Origin: an uncultured Lentisphaeria bacterium
Lineage (GTDB): Bacteria > Verrucomicrobiota > Lentisphaeria > JABSQK01 > JAJFLO01
Reading direction: 5' to 3'
NCBI GenBank assembly: GCA_951812855.1
Contig: OX638337.1
Coordinates: forward strand, 1,470,001-1,502,000
DNA length: 32,000 bases
Both the position numbers and the translations under genes were made by a program. Shown here in pieces: positions 1 to 8,498 of the stretch. The notes beneath the pieces are model-generated. The model was not told the DNA's origin, ran no database searches, and saw only the letters and a program-made list of their open reading frames with translations. Position 1 is the first letter of the stretch. Each line of letters opens with the position of its first letter.

Positions 1-1933
1 CTTTCATGCCGATATTCCGCAGGCTGATTCGACCATCAAACTTTTTACCGGACTGTTCTGATTCATAGTATTGATGCAGGAGATGATCGAAAATAAACGT
101 TATGATTGCAAATAATGTTTCAGAATATCGGGGGAATTCAATTTTTTTCCATTCCTCGATTGATTTAAGTAGAGCATGGCGTTTTGAACTTTTGGCTAAG
201 AGCTTGAGCCAGGTTTCAAATTCCTGTTTTATCTGGTCAGTACCGGATCCGAATAATTTTTCCTTTGGCAGCCGTTTTTGTACGGATTCAATAATTCCCG
301 GAATTGGATCGTCAATCAGGTTTGATATTGTCTTTTTCGAAATCGTATCATGTTCACTTGCTTCCGCTGCAATTGTATTTAGACTTGCGACAATGTTGTT
401 GTAGATGAGATCAAAAATCATTAAATTTTTGGATTCCAGGATCATCCCTTCTCTCACATCACTTCGAACCATTACATCTAATATGGTTAGATCATCTACC
501 TGACTATCGGGATGGACGTCATTCTTAAAAAGATATTTTATTAGTGATACAAAATTATTCTGAGCCCCGGTTTTCCAAAGATTATACAAATGAAAGGCAA
601 AACAGAATTGCAATTCCTGTTCTGAATCATGGAAGTTTTTAACAGGATCTCCGAGGATCATTTTCGCGAATTTACCGCGTTTATTTGTGATCCGTTCTTT
701 GAAGTATTGATAATTTTTCCATGATTTACTCAATGTGTTATCATACTTAATTTCCAACGGACTGTTTAGCCATTGTTTAAATGCATCACGATGTTCTTTT
801 GCAATCCTATGGTCGAGATCACCTTCAGGAATTTCAAGATTACTCAGTCGGCCATATAGTTCTTTTGTGGTGGACCTGAGTTTATTTCGCATATTCAAAT
901 ATCGAAGATATCGAATCGCTGTTCCGAATATATTCAGATGGCTGGTGGGTGTTTGAGGAAGTGCCAGATCCTGATCTGCTATCACGACCTCATGGGGATC
1001 TAAAAAGCGGTCGACACTGCGAAAATAATGGTCAATTACATATTTATTATTATTTACGAATTCCCTGGACCGATTTTCAATCGATATAATACTGGAAATT
1101 ATGGCTCTCTGTAAATTGTGATGTTTCTGTTTTGCTTCTCCGGGGACATAATCAATGACGCCGTCGAGATATCCCTGTTTGTAAAGCTCGTATGATGATA
1201 CTCCGACATACTTAGCACATTCCTGCCATGATAAATTGTATTTACGTGCAATACTGGCTAATCCTCGAGGTTGAATCGTATTAAAGACACCGTCTTTTAC
1301 AGATAATAGAATATTCGTCGTGGCTAACGGTATTGCTCCTCCGGAATACCCGTTCCCAAGAATAATACCAACGGTTGGAGCAGGAACGATTGCCATTGTT
1401 GCAATTAACCTGGAAATTGAATGTGCCTGATTCTCTTTATTCGCGATTTCTCCGGCGTCGGCCCCGGGTGTGTCGATCAGCGTCACAACAGGTATGGAAT
1501 ATTCGACAAATTCGTTAACATAGCTGGATGCTAAATTATGATGTTCAGGCATCCATACACCATTGGCTGCATTTCTATCCTGTGCGATAAATCCGACACG
1601 TCGTTTATGACTGTCAAAGTTAAGAAACATTTCTACGACGTATAATGGTCCGTGGACTCGCTCTCTGATGACCTCGCCCTCAAACATTTTAAGAACAGCT
1701 CTTACACTGACTCGTGATTTATCCTCAGTTGGCCGGACTGTTTTTTCGATATACTTGTCAACTCTTAATTTTTGAAGGCCGTTAAGAATGGAATCAATCT
1801 TATTGTCCTTTACTAATCCCTCGAGGTTTTTGTCTGGAGTTACTTCACCTGAATTCGGGAAAAGAGAAAAATCATTGGCCAAATCTTCTGCTTTAATGAA
1901 TAATTGATCTAGTCCGGAAATCTTCTTAACCAT
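1..1933 (-). CDS. Carboxyltransferase-domain protein (AccA-like) with long uncharacterised C-terminal extension; partial, C-terminus lies beyond the left window edge
   Basis: Absent from the ORF track because no stop lies inside the window. Manual minus-strand translation from the ATG (complement of 1931-1933) stays open for about 644 codons to position 1. I checked the first 300 nt codon by codon and found no minus-strand stops. The N-terminal third reads ...IPVVTLIDTPGADAGEIANKENQAHSISRLIATMAIVPAPTVGIILGNGYSGGAIPLA...FNTIQPRGLASI..., parallel to the AccA motifs IDTPGA / G-x-G-x-SGGA / P-x-G-x-ASI. I recognise no motif in the last ~350 residues. Confidence 0.7.
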   Translation of the reverse strand, partial: MVKKISGLDQLFIKAEDLANDFSLFPNSGEVTPDKNLEGLVKDNKIDSILNGLQKLRVDKYIEKTVRPTEDKSRVSVRAVLKMFEGEVIRERVHGPLYVVEMFLNFDSHKRRVGFIAQDRNAANGVWMPEHHNLASSYVNEFVEYSIPVVTLIDTPGADAGEIANKENQAHSISRLIATMAIVPAPTVGIILGNGYSGGAIPLATTNILLSVKDGVFNTIQPRGLASIARKYNLSWQECAKYVGVSSYELYKQGYLDGVIDYVPGEAKQKHHNLQRAIISSIISIENRSREFVNNNKYVIDHYFRSVDRFLDPHEVVIADQDLALPQTPTSHLNIFGTAIRYLRYLNMRNKLRSTTKELYGRLSNLEIPEGDLDHRIAKEHRDAFKQWLNSPLEIKYDNTLSKSWKNYQYFKERITNKRGKFAKMILGDPVKNFHDSEQELQFCFAFHLYNLWKTGAQNNFVSLIKYLFKNDVHPDSQVDDLTILDVMVRSDVREGMILESKNLMIFDLIYNNIVASLNTIAAEASEHDTISKKTISNLIDDPIPGIIESVQKRLPKEKLFGSGTDQIKQEFETWLKLLAKSSKRHALLKSIEEWKKIEFPRYSETLFAIITFIFDHLLHQYYESEQSGKKFDGRISLRNIGMK

Positions 1934-2498
1934 AAGTCTTATCCTTGTAAAATTCTGTCGTCAATTTTAGATAGTGATATTGAGAAAACAGTCGGTATTT
2001 TAAAGTGGTTTACTGAACTTATAAAAATGTTATTTTTAGTAGAAAATATATAAACTGAATCATAATAATCATGCATTGAACGGTTTACCATAATCACTAA
2101 TCAAAAAAAATCAGGATTAATCCGTAAAAACAGTTATATTTTTTAATGATTTTATTGAAAGCCCAAAACCCGAAGGGTAGGGTAGCAAACGTAGATGAGT
2201 AAAATCAGATTATTGGTCGAACACTGATAACTTCTGATTGTTATCCGCTTCTTATCTCTCATGATTTATTAGAATAAATCCTGCAACTATTGAGAGTTCT
2301 TTAATACGTTAAATTAACTCAGACAGCACGAGTTTTATTTGGTCACTTACGGATAACTTTTCACTGATTATGTTTGATTTGGTGATTCCAGCCCAGGCTC
2401 AGCCTGTCTCGCCGCAGCTCAATTAGCGAAGGCGGATTGGTTGGAGTATCATTGTCATTCTTCGAAAACGGTTCATTTTTACTGATTCTTATTTATAT

Positions 2499-2576
2499 GG
2501 TGATTGTAGCTCAGTTGGTTAGAGCGCCTGGTTGTGGCCCAGGAGGCCGCGGGTTCGAATCCCGTCATTCACCCCA
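2499..2576 (+). tRNA. tRNA-His (anticodon GTG), with encoded G-1 and CCA
   Basis: Cloverleaf by eye: G-1, acceptor GTGATTG/CATTCAC, D arm GCTC/GAGC, anticodon stem CCTGG/CCAGG, loop TTGTGGC, T arm GCGGG/CCCGT, T-loop TTCGAAT, C73 opposite G-1, then CCA. G-1:C73 is the His identity signature. There is one U5-U68 mismatch in the acceptor stem. Confidence 0.9.
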
Positions 2577-2649
2577 GATAATTGGAAGTTGCTTTTTTTT
2601 AGTAAGTTATGAATCATAAAATGATTGTGCATGTTGAAAAGGAGTAAAG

Positions 2650-3196
2650 TTTACCGCAAAAACCATCCATTGCAGTATATGAGACTCCGGGAAAATGGAT
2701 TGCGGCAACTATACCAGCCCGCAGGGTGTATTTATTCCTGCACATAAGTTTTCAAAGGCATGGAATCGTGCTGCCAAAGAGAAGATGCCCGGAATGCATC
2801 TGCATGTCTGGAGAGGATAGGTGATAACACAAATGGCAAATGGCGGTGTGGGGGAGATAGACCGGAAGCGGATTCCGGGACCTGTTAAAATTTCACCTGC
2901 AAATAATTCAATTAATTTTTCGGATCAATCCCACAGGAATGAATCGGGTCGGTTAAAATACCAATTGGCATATACTTAAAACCAACTCTGAACTCTCCTT
3001 AAAATCCAGTCCCGGCTGTGGTGATGTGGAAAATGCCGTCTTCGGGAACTTCTTCCCATTATTAGAAGAAAAACAGATACCCAATCCACTTTATTTACAT
3101 TTGAAAGAGTGTGAATTCAGATTTAATTATCGTGACCAGAATATCTATCTAAAGCTGTTAAAAATTATTAGAAAATTTCCAATTAAGTTGTTTTGA
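2650..3196 (+). pseudogene. Decayed IS1595-family transposase remnant
   Basis: The last open frame (2957-3196) ends ...GDVENAVFGNFFPLLEEKQIPNPLYLHLKECEFRFNYRDQNIYLKLLKIIRKFPIKLF*. The LHLKECEFRFN-x-R...LY..LL tail is the characteristic C-terminus of IS1595/ISXO2-like DDE transposases. Upstream (2650-2830) there are zinc-ribbon-like pieces (e.g. RCPEC) spread over three frames with several stops. The total length is far short of an intact gene. No terminal inverted repeats identified. Confidence 0.6.
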
Positions 3197-3222
3197 ACCA
3201 TAATTAATATTGAAAAATTCAA

Positions 3223-3639
3223 ATGTCTGTAAGCGATTTACCTACCCTTAATGTCCTTCTCAACCTCACAAGTGCAGTCCTGCTTGTTATTGGATATATT
3301 CAAATAAAAAAGGGAAATAAGGGAATTCATAAAAAGATCATGTTAACAGCTCTATCTACATCAATTGCGTTTTTGTGTTCGTATCTCGTTTATCACTTTC
3401 AGGTTGGTTCTGTTAAATATCCGCATTTCGATTGGACACGTACAGTTTATTTCATGATACTCATCCCTCACATTATATTATCGGCTGCCATGTGCCCATT
3501 TATTATATACATTGTATGGCATGCACAGCGAGGCAATTTTGTAAAACACAAACGGATAGCAAAATTTGTATGGCCTGTTTGGATGTTTGTATCAATTAGC
3601 GGGATTATAATTTATTTAATGCTGTATAAACTAAGGTAA
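3223..3639 (+). CDS. DUF420-family integral membrane protein (usually linked to cytochrome oxidase / copper-chaperone genes)
   Basis: 138 aa with four hydrophobic segments. The pattern LN..LN.TSAVLL..GY..IKK......HKK.ML.A...S..FL..YL.YH....(x)...Y..IL.PHI.LSA.......HK..AK...P.W..VS..G...Y is typical of DUF420. A SCO1 gene lies downstream on the same strand. Confidence 0.75.
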   Translation: MSVSDLPTLNVLLNLTSAVLLVIGYIQIKKGNKGIHKKIMLTALSTSIAFLCSYLVYHFQVGSVKYPHFDWTRTVYFMILIPHIILSAAMCPFIIYIVWHAQRGNFVKHKRIAKFVWPVWMFVSISGIIIYLMLYKLR

Positions 3640-3702
3640 CCTTGTATGACACAGGATTATTTCAAACAGACATTTTACCTAAGTTTGTCAAGAATCTGAA
3701 TA

Positions 3703-3746
3703 CCACCGGATTGATGACCGTCATTTTCCCGGTGGAACTCTTTTTT
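3703..3746 (+). terminator. Candidate intrinsic terminator after the DUF420 gene
   Basis: CCACCGG (3703-3709) pairs with CCGGTGG (3729-3735). An inner ATGA/TCAT helix is present. A T6 run (3741-3746) follows 5 nt downstream. Confidence 0.35.
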
Positions 3747-3808
3747 GCCCTGGATAGGTCTATATGAAATTTGACAATCAGCCGATCTAAGACTAATCTC
3801 GGAACTAA

Positions 3809-4072
3809 ATGAAGGTGTTGGATTTAATAAAACAGGCAATCATGATTGATATAAATGATATATGTGAACCGGAGTGGGTTGATTGGTATTTAATGACTCC
3901 GGAAAAGCGATGGAACGAAAGTGCAAAATTATGGCAGCAGTATTTAGCTATAGGAGGTTCTCTTGATCCCGAACCCGATACACAAAGTCCTTTCTACGAT
4001 GAAAAAACATCGTGTCAAATGCCTTCTAATGGGGGGACAGGCTTGTGTTCTATACGGCGCAGCCGAGTTTAG
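3809..4072 (+). CDS. Small hypothetical protein (upstream partner of the NTase-fold gene); its last ~25 codons are an out-of-frame read of the next gene
   Basis: 87-aa ORF. The plausible native part is ...EWVDWYLMTPEKRWNESAKLWQQYLAIGGSLDPEPDTQSPFYDEK. After the A6 run at 4002-4007 the frame simply overlaps the next gene. Weak SD. Confidence 0.45.
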   Translation: MKVLDLIKQAIMIDINDICEPEWVDWYLMTPEKRWNESAKLWQQYLAIGGSLDPEPDTQSPFYDEKTSCQMPSNGGTGLCSIRRSRV

Positions 4073-4739
4073 TCGTGATGTTGATTTAAATCTGCTTTAC
4101 GATAAAAAAAATTTCCAAAAACTTCAACTTGCTTTAAAGGAATTGGATGCGGATGTGGTCGCAATTCCCCCATTGGATCCGAAATACCTTCAGGAGGGAT
4201 TAGCGATACATTTTCGCTGTAAGCACCCGGATGCATCAGGTCTTCGAATTGATGTAATGTCCATTATGCGTAATATAGATACCTTTGAGCAATTATGGAA
4301 TAGACGAACAACGTTTAAGTTGCTTGACGAGGATATTGATGTCTTATCGCTTTCGGACCTAGTCAATTCTAAAAAAACCCAGCGTGACAAAGACTGGCCA
4401 ATGATTCGACGCCTTGTTGAAGTTAATTATTTTAATAATAGGAAATTTCCCACAGATGAACAAATTAATTTTTGGTTTTTGGAATTAAGATCATCAGAAC
4501 TTCTATTTGAATTGTCAGAGAATTATCCTGAAACAGCTCATAAATTGGTTAAAAATCGTCCTTTATTAGCACTGACAGTAAATGACAGGCTCGAGACTAA
4601 AGCAATAACTGTGGCAATTAGAAAAGAGGAAGATGAAGAACGAAGACGGGATGTAGAATATTGGCAACCATTAAAGAAAAAATTGGAATCCCTCAGACAT
4701 CATCGTAATAATAAAAACAAAAAACATAGTCTCTTTTGA
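3963..4739 (+). CDS. Polymerase-beta-superfamily nucleotidyltransferase-fold protein (AbiEii/MNT-like N-terminal motif), helical C-terminal half
   Basis: The sequence ...CLLMGGQACVLYGAAEFSRDVDLNL... fits the minimal NTase signature (h-G-G, ~14 residues, D-x-D), with a further acidic strand LRIDVMS. A TTG at 3963 is preceded by a perfect AGGAGG (3952-3957, 5-nt spacer). The alternative ATG at 3999 has no SD. Confidence 0.6.
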   Translation: MIPNPIHKVLSTMKKHRVKCLLMGGQACVLYGAAEFSRDVDLNLLYDKKNFQKLQLALKELDADVVAIPPLDPKYLQEGLAIHFRCKHPDASGLRIDVMSIMRNIDTFEQLWNRRTTFKLLDEDIDVLSLSDLVNSKKTQRDKDWPMIRRLVEVNYFNNRKFPTDEQINFWFLELRSSELLFELSENYPETAHKLVKNRPLLALTVNDRLETKAITVAIRKEEDEERRRDVEYWQPLKKKLESLRHHRNNKNKKHSLF

Positions 4740-4893
4740 ATTCAGTGATTCTCCTGATACTTTTTTTATTATTCGAAAATGATGATGACATACCGGCATC
4801 AGCATATTTTAAAATTTAATGTAAAAATCTTTTTCATCCGTCATTGTCTGATTATCAATTTGGTATTCAGATGTTATTATTTGGTTATAATCC

Positions 4894-5538
4894 ATGATAG
4901 GCACAAATCCCATACCGATTCCTTTTCTGAAACCAATTTCATTCTGTATTTTTCGAATTTTAACCCGTATTTCAAAGATTGGATTCGTTATTTCAATCTT
5001 ATGTTGCAGCTGCAGTGCTCCTCCCCCGGCATTTAAGGGAACAGTGATTGAACCACCGACTGATGCTCCGCCTGTTAATCTTCGGGACCATAATGGTAAA
5101 GACTTCCGGATTTCTGAAAATAAAGGGAAAATACTCCTGCTTTTTTTTGGATTTACGCACTGCCCGGATGCATGTCCATCAACATTAATGAATTGGGAGA
5201 CAATAAAAAAGGAAATCAGAGCAAACGAAGATAATGTGAAATTTGTATTTATATCTGTTGATCCATCAAGAGACAGCCAGAAATCGTTACACAAATATGT
5301 CGCATTGTACGGGGATGATATAATCGGTCTTACCGGGACACAAAAAGATCTTGATCCTATTTATAAATCGTATGGAATCTTTGCCGAAAAAGAGTTGAAA
5401 AAAAATAGGGACTATTTAATTAATCATACAACATCCATTATTCTTATTGACAAACAAGGAAAATGGCGTCTGAATTACAGTTACGGCACAAGTCCGATAG
5501 ACATTGCTTTAGACATCAAACGGTTACTGTCTGAATAA
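4894..5538 (+). CDS. SCO1/SenC-family thioredoxin-fold copper chaperone, probable lipoprotein
   Basis: Contains FFGFTHCPDACPSTL (the CxxxC copper-binding motif of SCO proteins), ...FISVDPSRD...Y (the conserved DP.RD region) and a downstream conserved His (INHTTS). The N-terminus ...IGFVISILCCSCS looks like a lipoprotein signal. Confidence 0.85.
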   Translation: MIGTNPIPIPFLKPISFCIFRILTRISKIGFVISILCCSCSAPPPAFKGTVIEPPTDAPPVNLRDHNGKDFRISENKGKILLLFFGFTHCPDACPSTLMNWETIKKEIRANEDNVKFVFISVDPSRDSQKSLHKYVALYGDDIIGLTGTQKDLDPIYKSYGIFAEKELKKNRDYLINHTTSIILIDKQGKWRLNYSYGTSPIDIALDIKRLLSE

Positions 5539-5550
5539 TAAATCAAAGAG

Positions 5551-5795
5551 TTGGGGTTTATAAACTACATCGGCGGTGATTTTTCCAGAATGCAATTGGG
5601 GTTTATGAACTACTCTAAGCACATACCGAACGATTTCAGATTGCCTTTTCGAATACCGCTGAAATTCTGGATGATTTCCAGGTTGGTCTTGTTAATTGGA
5701 CCCCGTCTATTAACGGACCGCAAATTGGCTTTATAAATATTGCGGCTGATAGGGACCATATGAAAATTATACCATTTGTGAATTTTAATTGGTAG
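5551..5795 (+). pseudogene. 5'-truncated, frameshifted fragment of a Q-x-G-[FL]-x-N repeat protein
   Basis: Frame 1 reads GFINYIGGDFSRMQLGFMNYSKH.... After a shift near 5620, frame 0 reads ...ERFQIAFSNTAEILDDFQVGLVNWTPSINGPQIGFINIAADRDHMKIIPFVNFNW*. It has repeated Q[IL]G[FL]xN units and a ...P-F-x-N-F-x-W terminus, as in a widespread repeat-protein family. There is no ATG or SD, and it starts 13 nt after the SCO1 stop. Confidence 0.35.
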
Positions 5796-6121
5796 ATTGA
5801 ACAATAAAAGCATAAGTTTAACAAGCATTTAACACCCTGTCAAAACTGATAATCAGGATTGACAATATAATAAGAAGACGAGCAATCGCCATTGTAATTC
5901 TAAGTATCCACAAAGAATCTTATTACCGGCTGTAAACTTTGAAATTATTCCTGAAGCAGAATTATCAGAACATAAAAAAAGATGGTTGAAATTTTGAAGT
6001 GTCAAGATTATCAATTACTGATATCATTGATTTCTGTTCATCACCGAAAATAGGAGATGTATCGATAAATAATAACCTCTTCCATACCTCATTGTTCCGC
6101 GATTATCTTTAAATAATAACA

Positions 6122-6140
6122 AACAGAAAACAATTCTGTT
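6122..6140 (-). terminator. Weak AT-rich hairpin after purD
   Basis: AACAGAA/TTCTGTT form a 7-bp stem with a 5-nt loop. On the minus strand TTGTTATTATT follows. It lies 18 nt downstream of the purD stop. Confidence 0.3.
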
Positions 6141-6157
6141 CAACTGAAAATTAATAG

Positions 6158-7414
6158 CTATAGTGCCCCGGTCGCAATATCTTTCCGATAATACATTCCG
6201 GTCCAGGTGATTTTTTCCACGCCTTTATAAACCTCATCAACAGCATCTTTTAATGAATTACCTTTCGCAGTAACTCCTAAAACTCTTCCTCCTGAATTTG
6301 ACAGGTACTCGCTTTCTTGCCGGGTACCAGCGTGAAAAACCTTCACTCCAACCTGCTCAGCATCCTCAATTCCAAATATTTGATGACCCTTTTCATAATT
6401 TCCCGGATATCCTCCTGAGACCAAAACAACGCAGACTGCACTTTGATCTTCCCATTCAAATTCATACTCAACCAGCTTATTATCAATCGTCATCAACATT
6501 GCCTGTGCCAGGTCACTTTTTAAGCGATACAGCACTGCCTGAGTTTCCGGATCTCCAAACCGCACATTAAATTCTAACACTTTGGGACCCGTCGATGTAA
6601 TCATAATCCCCGCATAAATAATCCCCCGATAATCGAGTTTTTCCGTCTGACAGCCGTGTAGAAACGGTTGTAAAACTGATTCATCAATACGCCGCCACAT
6701 CTCATCGTCCACAACCGGTGCGGGAGAATAGGCTCCCATTCCACCGGTATTCGGTCCTTTGTCATTATCATTAAGTCGTTTATGATCTTGTGAGGAGGCT
6801 AACGGCTTGATGGTATCATGGTCAACGAAAGCCAGTATAGATGCCTCCTCACCGTCTAAATAGTCTTCTATAACTACTTCATATCCGGCATCACCAAAGG
6901 CACCTGAAAAACAATGCCGGACCGCCTTAATCGCTTCCTGATTGGTGAAGGCAACCGTGACTCCTTTTCCAGCAGCAAGGCCATCAGCTTTTACGACAAC
7001 TGGTGTACCGTGTTTTTTGACGTAGTCAATTGCACTGGATTCATCCGTGAACACCTCAGCTTTTGCCGTGGGTATGGCGTACCGATTCATAAATTCTTTA
7101 GCAAACCACTTGCTGCCTTCAAGTTGAGCAGCTTTTTTATCGGGACCAAAAATCTTTAATTTTTTTTCCCTAAATTCATCAACAATTCCATCACATAAAT
7201 ATTTTTCTGGTCCAATGACGGTTAAATCAATGTTATAATGTATAGCAGCGTCAGCAAGGGTTTCTTCGTTTTTTAACTCTATTGACGAAATATCCGACCC
7301 AAGAATACCACCATTTCCAGGATAACAGTAAACCTTATCAACATTTGGACTCTCAGAAAATTTCCAGGCAAGTGCATGTTCGCGTCCACCACTTCCTACA
7401 ACTAAAATATTCAC
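6158..7414 (-). CDS. purD: Phosphoribosylamine--glycine ligase
   Basis: 418 aa. Starts MNILVVGSGGREHALAWKF. ATP-grasp core ...VVVKADGLAAGKGV... and ...EFNVRFGDPETQ.... Full-length colinear PurD pattern. Confidence 0.95.
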   Translation of the reverse strand: MNILVVGSGGREHALAWKFSESPNVDKVYCYPGNGGILGSDISSIELKNEETLADAAIHYNIDLTVIGPEKYLCDGIVDEFREKKLKIFGPDKKAAQLEGSKWFAKEFMNRYAIPTAKAEVFTDESSAIDYVKKHGTPVVVKADGLAAGKGVTVAFTNQEAIKAVRHCFSGAFGDAGYEVVIEDYLDGEEASILAFVDHDTIKPLASSQDHKRLNDNDKGPNTGGMGAYSPAPVVDDEMWRRIDESVLQPFLHGCQTEKLDYRGIIYAGIMITSTGPKVLEFNVRFGDPETQAVLYRLKSDLAQAMLMTIDNKLVEYEFEWEDQSAVCVVLVSGGYPGNYEKGHQIFGIEDAEQVGVKVFHAGTRQESEYLSNSGGRVLGVTAKGNSLKDAVDEVYKGVEKITWTGMYYRKDIATGAL

Positions 7415-7972
7415 GATTTTTTACCTTTTAACTGCTGTCGATTTAAATAATTTAATACAAAAATCAGAGCAACTCTTTTACAGACAGTTACAACACATAA
7501 CATTTTGATTGGACACTGGTTAGTGTTAACTACTGCGTCGAATGGATTCTGTCCGTTTAATATACTGAGCGGCTTCTGCCTGGCGGTCGAGGCAATTTAA
7601 CAAAATCACATAATTTTCTAATATCACCACAACATTTATATGATCTTCTCCAAATGCGTTTCTGCTTCTTTATTATCCCCTGTCTTACAGGCACTGATTC
7701 CAGCCTGATTCGGCGTGGTATATCCTGCTAATAGCATTACGATTCCGGCGATTAAAACACAATGAAGATTTATTGGTTTTTAGCATAGCTTTTATCAGTT
7801 ATAATGTTAATGATATGATTTATCATCTCAAATCTCAAAATCTTTTAATTTAACGTAAAAATACAAGAATTATAGGCAGGTTTCGACTCATTGTTCGGAA
7901 TTTACCTGATTTCATGCCTTTACTTTGAAATAACTGTGCCGGAAACAATATTGTATATTTTTTTATCGGAAA

Positions 7973-8416
7973 ATGCCCATAATGGTTTTTGCAGACCAAT
8001 GGAAGGAGTCCAATTCTATTTCTATTATGATAACTTCTCGTTTTAAGAATCTGTTAACTCAAAAAAATAGTCGGATAGCGATTGTTTATTCAATTGTCCT
8101 TATTATCGTGATGTTTTGTCCCGTATCAAATATTGCATTTATCCCTTTTGAGTTAAATTTTGACAAATGTATCCACATCATACTTTTTAGCATTCTGTAC
8201 ATAACGTGGAACAAAGCCATGGCTCCTTATCTGCGATCACAGATTAAAGCACTGCAAATTTCAATCGGGTTTGGCCTGTTTACCGAATTCATTCAGGGAT
8301 TATTACCACACCGCAACGGTGATGTGTATGATCTTTTATGCAATTTCATTGGCATTATAGCAGGATTTATTGTCGTAAAGTATCTGGAGAGCAGAACGGT
8401 TAATCGTCAGTTGTAA
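7973..8416 (+). CDS. VanZ-like family membrane protein
   Basis: Contains FDKCIHIILFSILY... and ...TEFIQGLLPHRNGDVYDLLCNFIGIIAGF, matching the VanZ motifs DK..H and E..Q...P.R..D..D...N..G. The real start may be the ATG at 8027 (MITSRF...). Confidence 0.65.
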   Translation: MPIMVFADQWKESNSISIMITSRFKNLLTQKNSRIAIVYSIVLIIVMFCPVSNIAFIPFELNFDKCIHIILFSILYITWNKAMAPYLRSQIKALQISIGFGLFTEFIQGLLPHRNGDVYDLLCNFIGIIAGFIVVKYLESRTVNRQL

Positions 8417-8465
8417 CCGGGTATGATAACATTATTAAAGCCTAAGCTGGACGAATCCCCTTTAT

Positions 8466-8489
8466 GAGCAGCTGATTCTGCAGTTGCTC
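8466..8489. terminator. Hairpin between the convergent VanZ-like and SDR genes (no clear U-tract)
   Basis: GAGCAGCTG / CAGTTGCTC form a 9-bp stem (one G-U pair) with a 6-nt loop. It lies between the stops at 8416 (+) and 8499 (-). Confidence 0.3.
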
Positions 8490-8498
8490 AGATTGATC

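Noticed and set aside
2381-2436. GGTGATT heptamer identical to the 5' end of tRNA-His, ~118 nt upstream; possible second tRNA or duplicated target site
   Set aside because: Only 7 nt match. The following sequence does not fold into a cloverleaf, so it is a chance-level match.
2437-2619. 60-aa plus-strand ORF from the track
   Set aside because: It is entirely explained by reading through the tRNA-His gene (…IVAQLVRAPGCGPGGRGFESRHSPQ is the tRNA translated). No SD.
4779-5294. ORFs 4779-5036 (+) and 4809-5294 (-)
   Set aside because: They overlap or lie antisense to the well-supported SCO1 gene and its upstream spacer. They have no motifs or SD, and they contain low-complexity sequence.
7640-7790. 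Short minus-strand frame ...HCVLIAGIVMLLAGYTTPNQAGISACKTGDNKEAETHLEKII resembling a tiny lipoprotein
   Set aside because: The only in-frame ATG lies after the hydrophobic segment, so no proper signal peptide can be made. No SD.
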